From positions 1 through 55,423 of the forward strand of contig CAYVBE010000003.1 of NCBI GenBank assembly GCA_964448935.1: a DNA stretch of 55,423 nt, written 5' to 3'. Origin of the DNA: an uncultured candidatus Brocadiaceae bacterium. Its GTDB lineage: Bacteria > Planctomycetota > Brocadiia > SM23-32. Shown piece by piece: positions 42,601 to 52,600 of this stretch. The stretch's first letter is position 1. Each line of letters begins with the position of its first letter. The notes under the pieces were generated by a model that was given only the letters and a program-made list of their open reading frames with translations, was not told the DNA's origin and made no database searches. The position numbers and the translations under genes are program-made.

Positions 42601-43644
42601 CTACTGCATACTTTCCGTATTGTCAACCCCTATGATCTGGTTAATCTCCGTCATGGCACCCGGCGCCAGGTCCTGGATGATCTGCGCGAACTTCATGTCC
42701 ACCAGGCGTCTCGCGCGCTTCAGCAGAAGCGGCACCGGGCTGGAGGGATCGTTCTCTTCGTAGTAACGGCAGATCGCGTCCAGCGCCCTGCGCACATCCG
42801 CCCGCGAGCTAACCATGCCGACCGCCGCGCCGCCGCCCCCGGCGGCAGCCTGAGAGGCCCCGCCCCCGACGTCGCCGTCATCGGCGCCGGCGGCATCGGG
42901 CATGTCCTCCCCGACGGCTTCGCCCAGCAGGCCGCCGTAGCGGGTCAGCACGGACTCCAGCCCGTCCAGCTCCGGTATGGAGCCCGGCCCGGCGTTTTCG
43001 GCGAATGCGTTCCGGATGCCCTCCAACTGCTCCAGGCACTCAAGGGCGGCGGCGTAGTAGTCCTGCAGCAACTCTATGTCCGTGCCGGAGATGGTCGCCT
43101 CCAGCACATCCCACTCCTCGGGCGGCCCCTCGTAGCCGGGGGGCGGCTCATCTTCGCCCCGCGCCACCAGGCAGTCCCTGACCGTATAGGGCGAGGCCGG
43201 CCCGGACGGGCAGACCGGCATGCCCATGGCGCGGCGCAGGAACATCAAGGGCGCCGTCAGCCCCTCCACTATCCGCACTCTCTCCCCGGGGTCGTTGGCA
43301 AAATCCGGGTCCAGCCGCGGGTAGACGTCCTCCCAATAATCCTCCACAAACCCGCGCATCAACACCAGCCCGTCCCGCAACCCCGGAATGCCTTCCCGGC
43401 ACATGGCAGCCAGAGCAAGCCACATGGCCACGCGCAGGTGTTTGGAGCGCTCCAGCAGCTCCAGGCACGTGTTCATCACGGGCCGCCACTCCGGCTCCTG
43501 CTCCGGCGGCAGGGGCTCGTTCCACTGCGCCTCCTCGTTGGACAAGGCCATGTACTGCGGGTCGTAATTCCCCTCGACGTCCTCGCCGCACGGCTCCTCG
43601 GTGGAGAGGGGTGCGAGCAGTGATTCCGTGTCAATGACCGCCAT
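42601..43644 (-). CDS. tssA: Type VI secretion protein TssA (ImpA N-terminal domain)
   Basis: LLAPLSTEEPCGEDVEGNYDPQYMAL matches the ImpA_N pattern. ATG 43644 has GGGGAGAG upstream; the ORF-track start at 43647 is a TTG. Confidence 0.85.
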   Translation of the reverse strand: MAVIDTESLLAPLSTEEPCGEDVEGNYDPQYMALSNEEAQWNEPLPPEQEPEWRPVMNTCLELLERSKHLRVAMWLALAAMCREGIPGLRDGLVLMRGFVEDYWEDVYPRLDPDFANDPGERVRIVEGLTAPLMFLRRAMGMPVCPSGPASPYTVRDCLVARGEDEPPPGYEGPPEEWDVLEATISGTDIELLQDYYAAALECLEQLEGIRNAFAENAGPGSIPELDGLESVLTRYGGLLGEAVGEDMPDAAGADDGDVGGGASQAAAGGGGAAVGMVSSRADVRRALDAICRYYEENDPSSPVPLLLKRARRLVDMKFAQIIQDLAPGAMTEINQIIGVDNTESMQ

Positions 43645-43686
43645 CAATCTCTCCCCTGATACAGATCCAGCCTCCAGGCCCTGCGT

Positions 43687-46600
43687 TCAGCCCAGGATTG
43701 CGGCCTCCACCTGTGCCGGGCCGAGGCCCGCGCGGGTCAGGTCCACCTCCCGCAGCAGCACGCCCTTACAGGTTTCCAGCTCCACCTCGTTCAGCCCGAC
43801 CCCTGCCAGCAGTCGGAAGAGTTCCTCCAGGTCCTTCAATATCCGCAGGGCCTCCGGGTGCCGCCCGGTCTCCTCCAGCCACGTCCTGAACCACATTCCG
43901 TCCACCTCCTCCCGGCCCGTCTGCTCCTTCTGGACCCGGAAGGTGTCGGACTGTTTGTAGGTCTCAACCGCCCCCGACAGAGTGCGGCGGAGTTCCGGAC
44001 CACGGGGGACCCATCCGCCTTCCTCCCCCCTTTCCCAGAATATCTGCTCGTAGAGGGCCTCTGCCTTCTCGAAGCCCCCCAGGGACAGCCGCGGGGAGCT
44101 GACCATGTAGTCCTGCCCCTCGGGGTCGGGGATGGGCCGCGTGCCGGTGGCGGTCTGTTCGGCCGGCACGTTTTTGTACACCGCAAACCCGATCAGCGCC
44201 CCGATCAGTTCCTTCTCGGTCCGGGTGCGGGCGTAGATGCCGAGCTTCTGCAACCGCTTCAGCAACTGCTGCCCGGGGTTGGGGGGCACGGTGGCGACCG
44301 GCTGCGGGTCGGGGCTAATGCCCGCCAGCACCTGAGCCAGCTCTTCTTCAGCCCGCACAAGTGTCAGGTCACTATCGCCGCCAGGCTCGTAGAACTCGAA
44401 TATCTGGTTGTTGACGGTAATTTTGGCATCGTAGTCTCCACCGTATCCTCCGTCGCCATCCACCACGGGCAGTATGTCACCCGGAGTATCAACGCCGTCG
44501 CTCTGGGGGGACACAGTCAGGGCGCCGTTCCACGTAAGCGTGTGTCCGGCACCGATATCAACCTGGTCGTAGTCATCGCCACCCTTACCTTCATCGAGCA
44601 ATACGAAATATTCTGATCCCGGCCCGAAGGTCAGGTCGCCATCCACCGTCAGCCCTGCCGCTGCCCCATCCCCACCCGGCGAGAGCCTGCCGTTGAAGGT
44701 AACGGACGTTCCTCTCAGCATTATGTCATCCGCCGTCTCGACGGATTCGTTATATGTCTGAGCACCGTCCGTGGTCACCGAACTCTCCAGGAGGAGCATC
44801 CCTCCCGCACCGGTAGCATCCGTGGTCAGGTGGCCCAGGCCGTTGGGGTTGGCACCCACAACGTTGCCGCCGCCCACGTCAGCGTCGAAGGTCGTGTCGG
44901 CGTTCGGGGTGTTGACCGTCAGGCCGTGGGCGGTATTGGTGGCGTCCACAAAGCTGCCGAAGCGCACACCGGTGCCGCCCGTATCGGTGAGGATCACGTC
45001 CGCCGTCAGCAGCACGGGGTCCTCATAGGTCTGCGTGCCGCCGACGGTGGTTATGTCAGCCGAAAGTTGCGTCTGCCCGTCCGCGTTGGTGGTCACGGAC
45101 GCCAAGGGAGTCAGGCCGCCGACTTCGCCCTGGAAAGCCGTCGGCATGCCACCGGCGGTGTTTACGGTCAGGTCCCACGGACCGGCGCCGTTGCCGTTCA
45201 GCGTCTCCCTGAAAGTCACCGGCCCGGACTCGATCCGCGTATGCCCCGAGAGCGTGGCGGCCTCATGGGAGTGCGATCCGGCGAAGGTTATCACGCCCGA
45301 CAGGTCGGCAGTCGCCCCGTTGGTGGTAGACAGCGCACCTATATTGAGCGCTGCACCGCCGTTCAGCGTGTCGCCGGCAATGGTGGTGACGCTCGCCCGT
45401 TCGCCCATGTCCAGATCGTTGCCGCCGCCGTTTATCGAGGTGTTGAAGGCGATGTTATCCGCTTCCAGCACGGTATCCGCTCCCAGCTCCACGGCCTCGT
45501 TGTAGGTCTGGTCGTCGTCCGTCACCACCAGGCCGCCGTCCAGGTGCAGCGTGCCGCCCACGCCGGTGTCATCGGTCACCAGGTGCCCCAGTCCGTCCGG
45601 GTCGCTGCCGGCCACGTTGCCGCCGCCCACCTCGCCGGTGAAGGTCGTGTCGGCGTTCGGAGTGTTGACCGTCAGGCCGTAGGAAGACCCGGCGACACCA
45701 TCATCATCGGCGTCAACATGATTGTTGAAGCTCACGCCCGTCCCGCCGGTGTCGGTGAGGGTTACGTCCACCATCAGCAGCACGGGCCCGGTGTAGGTCT
45801 GCGTGGACGCGGTGCGGACATCGTTGTTCAGCGTTATGGCGCCGTCCACAGCTCCGGTGCTGGTGGAGTTCACGTCCAGGGCATTCACGTAGCTGCCGGC
45901 CGCCACGTTGTCGAACGTGCCAAGGGCAACGGCGCCGCCGTTATTGGCGTCCGCGGTGGAGGTGTCAATGTCCAGGTCTATCCCGCCGGCCGAGGCGGAG
46001 ACGGTTGCAGCGCTGAGGTCTACTGCGCCGGCCGCGTCGCCCCCGCCGGTCTCGGTGTCCATGGTGGTGTTCGAATGCAGGACCACGTCACCATCGAAGG
46101 TGGCATCCCCGCCATCGGTCTGGTAAGTGCCGTTGAGGTTGATGGTGGTGCCCGTCACGTTGATGGCCCCGGTTGTGACCACGTCCTCCAGGTCCACCTG
46201 GGCGGCACTGGAAACTGCGAAATCGGCGGGCGGAGTCGTGCCGCCCACGTCGCCCTGAAAGTCCACCGCACCGCCCGTGCCGCCGGCCACGGCAAGGCCC
46301 GAAGCAGCGCCCGTGTCCTCGACAGCGCCGGTAACGGTCACGTTCGCACCGCCGGGCTGCGCGCCGCCGTTGGTGGTGTCGAGCGTCACAAGGGCCGGAG
46401 TGCCCAGCAGCACGTTATCGCTGATGGTGATAGCGTTGCCGAAGGTCACTATGTCCGCATTCAGAGTGGTCGTGGCATCCGGGCCGTCCAGCGTGACCGA
46501 GGCGTCCCCGGCCCCGGTGATCTGCCCGTCCACCGCGATCGAACCGCCCGCCGGTGTGCGGATCGTCGCCGGATCGTTGAACGTGGCGGAGGCCACCGTC

Positions 46601-49600
46601 ACGACGTGCTGGCCGTTGGCGCGGCCGATGGCGACCGAATTGAATCCGTCCACCAGGCGTCCCAGCTCGGCGTCGTCCACGTTGAAATTCCCGGCCCCGC
46701 CCCCGATGCCGATGGAACGGGCAACGGTGACCGGCCGCAGAAGCAGATCGCCGCTTCCGCTGACGTTCCCGTTGATCACAACGTCCTGGGCCGTCACGGT
46801 AACGTCTGTTCCGGCATTCACCGCTCCCAGCCGGAGCGTATCTGCGTCCTGCAAGGTCACCGATCCGCCCTGCGTCACCGTAAGCGTATCACCGGTGTCA
46901 TCGCTGTCGAAATCGTTGGCGGCGTTGTTGAGCGTGATGTCATCGCCCGGCGTGGCCGTTCCGCCCGCATCGAGGGTGGTCGCGCCGGCCACGGTCATCG
47001 GTCCGGTCTGGGTGATCCGCCCGTTGGCGGCAACGTTGAGGCCGCCGTTCGCATTCTCTACGTCAGCAAACGTTATATCGTCCGTCTCCTCCAATATGAT
47101 ATGGCCCGGCCCGTTCGAGGCGGCGTCCACGCTATTCACCGTCGTGTCCAGGTCTATACCGCCCTGGGCGTCGGCCGTCAGCGCATCCGCGATCACGTCC
47201 ACGCCCGCGCCACCGTCGTCCATTATCGCACCGCCCTGCGAGTCGAGCGTCACGTCACCGGCAGTGCCCGCGTCCACCAGAATTGCGTGGATATCCAGCC
47301 CGGCACCGGTTGCTGTGAGAGAAATATCATTGGCGTCGGCATCTGTCAGCGATCTCACGTCTGTGGCCACAAGCCCCCCGCCCGCGATTACCGTTATCGA
47401 GCCGTCGGCAGTGTCCACATCAGCAAGCTGCACTCCGTCCAGCTCATCCAGCACGATATCGCCCGCCGCGTTGGCGGAGGCGTCCACGTTTTCCACAGTG
47501 ATGTCCAGGTCTATGCCGCCCTGGGCATCCGCGGTCAGGTCCTGCGCGATCACGTCATCCGCATCGTCCACACCGTCCTGCGTGATCGCTCCGCCCTGAG
47601 CGTCCAATGTCACGTCATTGGCCGCGCCCGCGTTCACCAGGTCCGCCTGGATGCCCGCGCCCGTGCTGGTCAGGCTGATGTCGTTCGTGTCGTCGTCGGT
47701 CGCCGAACTGTCCACGTCCGTCGCCGTCACCTGGCCGCCCGCGTCCACGTCTATCGCACCGTCGGCCGTGTCCACGTCGGCAAGCGTCACATCGTCCGCG
47801 TCCACATACGTGATATCCCCTACACCCGTGGAACTCGCATCCAGGTTGTCCGCGTCGTTCGCCGCCTGGCCGAGGTCTATCTTCCCGGGCGCGTCCGCGA
47901 ACAGCGTCCCCACAGCGGTGGTTCCCCCGATGTCGCCGCCCGTCTGGTCTATCTCGCCCACGCCGCTCACGTCGTAATCGGCGTTGATGTCCACGTTCCC
48001 CGTTGTGCCCACCGATCCGCCCGTCTGACGGTAATCGGCTCCGGCGTTGAAGGTGATCAGGCCCCCGCCCGTGCTTGACACGTCGGCCGCCACCGTGATG
48101 TGGTCGTCATCGCCCCCGTCCTCGGTGGCCTGCAGCGTCACCGCACCACCGGCGCTCACGGCGGCGTTTACGTTCAGCGGGGAGGACGCCACGATATGGA
48201 CGTTCCCGTTCGTGTTCGTCACAGACCCCGCCGCACCGGCCAGGTCCTCCAGCGCGAGCGTGCCCGTGTTTATGATGTTTATCGCGTTGTCGGTGGTCTC
48301 GGCGTCCAACTCCGAGACCTGCGTGTCCAACTCCTCGTTCGCTCCACCGCCGTCTCCTATGCCGTCCACCGCCATAAGCACCAGATCGTCCGCCGTCACG
48401 TCCACCGCCGCGTCTCCTGCAGCGTCGGTTATCGCACCGGCCGCCGTCAGCGTCACGCGGTGGTCGGCCGTGATGCTGTCCACGCCCATATCGTCTTCAT
48501 CCACCAACTCGACGGCACCGGCCTGTGTAACGGTGATCCCGTCACCGCTGTCGTCGTTGTCGAAATCGTTGGCGGCGTTGTCCAGCGTGATGTCTCCGCC
48601 CGCATCGAGGGTGCTCGCACCGGCGACGTCCAGCGCACCGCTCTGGGTGATCTGCCCGGCGGCGGTGATGTCCAGTATCCCGGCAATCGTGCTTGCGCCA
48701 AGGGTGATGTCGTTCGCATCCACCAGTGTCACGTCACTGGTGTTGCTCACCACGACATCCCCGGTGAAATCGTTCGCCGCATTGTCTAATGTGATAGCGT
48801 TACCGCCGGCGTCCAGAATTGTAGCACCGCTGTTCCAGGCGCCGCCGTCGGTGATGGCATCGTTCTCGGTAATCCCCACCGTACCGCCGGTCACCGTCAG
48901 GTCACCGAAAGCATTGCCCGCGTTATTGAGCGTGATATCATTGCCCACGGCATCCAGCGTGGTAGCTCCGGCCGTCACGGCGCCACTCTGCGTGATTGTG
49001 CCGGACGCGGTGACGTCAAGACTGCCGCTGATCGTAGAGGCCCCGAGTTCCAGCGCGTTCGTGTCCACCAGGGTCACATTGTCGGCACCGGGTATGGAGA
49101 CCGCCGCCTGGAAATCGTTCCCGGCTGCATCGAGGGTGATGTCGTCCGTCGCCTGTGCGGTCAGTCTGGTGGTGCCGGTGGCGGTCAGCGCGCCTGCCCC
49201 CGTGTCCGTGATGTCCCCGGCCCCGTCAGAGGCATCCAGGTTCACGACAGAAGCATTCGTGGCCCCTGTTATCGTGATCGTCTCGGCCGTCACGTTCAGC
49301 GGCTCGCCGCCGGTGGAACCCGCCAGTGTAGCCGTGTCCGCACCGCCCTCTCCGTCCAGGGTTATGCCCGCCGCGAAGCCGTTGTCCAGAACGGCAAGCC
49401 GCAGGGTGTCACCGCCATCGTTGGCATTGACCGCCAGGGAGTTGGTCGGGTTCACGAAGGTGGTCGTCTCGACGGTTCCGCCGTTGTCGGCAAGCTGTGA
49501 ACTGCCGTCTGCGGGAGCCCCGTTGTCCTGCAAGGTAACGTCGTCCGCGGCAGCGGTGAGATTGAAGATGATGTCCGCCGCAGTGCCGTCGTTGGTGATC

Positions 49601-52600
49601 GGTTCCAGCCCGTCGAAATTGATGGTGTCGCCGTCCAGGACGATGCTGCCGTCCTTGCCGTCGGCATCGGAGCCGTTCATGTTGTAGGTGTGGGTGGCGA
49701 ACCCGGCGCCGACGTTCTGGAGTTCCAGGTTATCCCCGCCCGCGCCCTGGGTGCCGCCGTCCACATTGAGTCCGCCGCCCGGGATGGGGTTGCCGTCGCC
49801 GAAGTCCACGGTGATCGTGTCATCACCGTCGCCCGCATCGTAGCTCACCGTGCCGGTTCCGCCGGCGCCGCTGATGATGAGCGTGTCGTCACCGGCCGTT
49901 CCGCCGGCCGTCACGTCGCCCACGAATACGACGCCCCCGTCGTTGCCCGACAGGGTTACGTCGGTCATGGCAGCAGCGGTGCTGCCGATGCGCAGGTCTT
50001 CGGTGTTGCCGCTGAAGGTGTTGTCCGTAACCGTCAGATCGGCGCTCCCGAAGTGCGCGGCGCCACCGTCCACGTCCTCCACCGCATGGATGCCCAGGGC
50101 CTGGTTGTTGAGGGTGTTGCCGTCAATCGTCAGCTTGTCCAGGTTCCCCGGCACGCCGGTCTGCGTGTAGTCCACGATCCAGATGCCGGTGCCCGCCGGA
50201 GAGCCGGCGCCGCCCACGTTGTCAATGGTGTTGCCGGTGATCTCCAGGTCGTCCGTGCCGGTACCGTTGCCGATGACGACCCCCAGGTGATAGCCGGTGA
50301 TATCGTTGTCGCTGATGACGGAGGGCGCGCCCGGGTCGGTGGCCGTTACTCCGAAGAACTCGATTCCGTAACCGCTGCTCTGCTGCGTCGGCCCCCCGGT
50401 GGTCAGGGTGTTGTTGGTCACCGCCAGGTCAACGATCGGGTTGTCGCCGAAAATGGCGCCGTCCCCGTCGCCCGCCACTATCTGGTTGCGGTCCACCGTC
50501 AGCCCTGTCGCACCGGCCGCGCCGACGGAGATGCCCATGGATGCGTTGCCTCCGCCGGTGGTCATGTCCAGCTTGTTGCCGCGGATAGTTACACCCGAGG
50601 GTCCATTGGCAAGCTGAACCAGGAACGTGGTGGCGGCGCCAGCCTCGATGGTGAAACCCTCGTCCGGCGAATCCGCGTCGTCCGGGTCGCCCAGAATCAC
50701 GTTGTCTGCACCGCCCTCCAGCCCGATGCCCACCCCGTCCACAAGCTGGATGGTCGTCGTACCCATGCCTCCGGTGGACCGCACAGTGAGATCACTCTTG
50801 TCAATGACGAGGTCCCCCGTGTAACCGTTTCCGGTGCCCGAGAGCACGACGATGTCGTCCCCGGCGGAGGAATCGTCAATGGACTGCTGGATGCCGGGAC
50901 GGATCACCAGTGACGCGGTGTCCTGCACCACGTTCGCGCCGTCCGCCACCACGGCGGCATTATCGTAAGTGTTGCTGCCGTCACTGAACAGATCGTAGAC
51001 TTCGCCTCCCGTAAACACTCCACCCGTGCTGCGGAGATGGTACTCCGTGCTGCTGCTGAAATCATTGCCGGTGATGGCGTAGGTTCCCGCCTCAAGGCGC
51101 GCGCCGGTCCCCATCAACAATGCGGTCTCATTGCCGTCGAGTGTGTTGTTGATCACGCTGACGGCATTGACGTCCCCGGCCACGCCGGGGCTGTACTCGG
51201 CGAACCGGATGCCGTTGGTGCTGGCCGAAATATCGTTGCCCGTAATGGTGAGCCCGTCAACCCCGGCACCGTTGGAGATCAGGATGCCGTTGGCATAGTC
51301 GCTGATGGTGTTGTCCTGGATGCTGGATGTGCCGGTGACGCCCGAGAACTGCAGTGCGTAACCGGAACCCGCCAGGGCTGCGGGCCCCGTCAGCGTATTG
51401 TCGGAGACCGTCAGGTCGGAGACGGACGGACCCCAGACGGAGCCATCTCCGAGGTCGCCCGCCGTGAAGGTGTTGTCCGTTATACTCAGTCCGTCAGCCC
51501 CGGCTGCCCCCACGGAAATGCCCATACTCGCGTTGCCGGTCGTGTTGATGGTGTTGTCCACGATGCTGACATTCGACGGTGCGTTGGCCAGCTGGATCAG
51601 AAAGGTAGAACCCGCCCCGCTGAGGATCGTGAACCCGGCACCGGCTCCGCCCAGGGTGAAGTTGTCCGCGCCGCCCTCAAGCCCGATCCCCACCCCGTCC
51701 ACAAGCTGGATGGTCGTGCTCCCGTCGCCGTTCTGGGACTGCAGGGTGAGCGATTTGTCGATCGCCAGGTCTTCCGTGTATGTCCCGTCCGCTGCTTCCA
51801 CGGTCGCCCCACCCGATGCGATGTCTATACCATTCTGCAGGCTGCCTCCGCCGCCGACATTCACCGTCGTCGCTTCCCCGGTCAGGCTCTGGCTGGGTTG
51901 CAGAGTAATCAGCTCGTTCAAGTCTATGGTCAGGTCGTCGTTCGGATCGTCTTCATCATTCAGCGACAGGGTCGTGCCGTTGTCCACGGTTGTGGTCACA
52001 TCGTCCGTAACCGTGATCTTATCCTCGGCCTCGACGACGAAATCTGCTCCGCCGTCCATAGCACCCTCGATCGTGGCGGGGTCCACATCGCCCCCGGCGG
52101 CCCCGTCAACGATCTCCACCTGCGCGGGGTCTATCACGATGAGCCCGTTGGCCGCGTCGGCCCCTCCCGGTGATGCGCTCAGCGTTCCCTGGATGCTTAC
52201 CGAATCGGACCGCACCACGATCAGACCACCGTCGCCCGCGCCCAACGCATCGGCGCGCACCACAGATGCCTGGTCAATCTCGACCAGAGAAGTCCGGTCC
52301 GAACCGACACCTCCGCCGATGGTCACCTCGCCGCCAGCCGCACCGGAAGCGTCAACGTCCGCGTCCTCCAGTCGCACCTCGTCGCCCAGGATTTCGACGT
52401 TCCCGCCGGGGGCCTCCACCTCGCCAGTCACCTCCACGGCGCCTTCGCCCTGCCCCTCGACGGTAACTTCTTCGCCGGAGATACGGCCGCTGTTGCGGAT
52501 GGCCAGCGCGTACATATCGCCGGCCGCCAGCAGGGCCTGCCCGCCGGATGCGTCCACGTCGCCCGAGTTCTCCACCGCCGCATCGCCCTGGGCCGCCGCG

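Noticed and set aside
44692-51846. Periodic DNA repeats as a CRISPR array or satellite.
   Set aside because: The repeats are 360-960 nt long, in frame, and translate into homologous protein modules. There is no short repeat-spacer structure and there are no cas genes.
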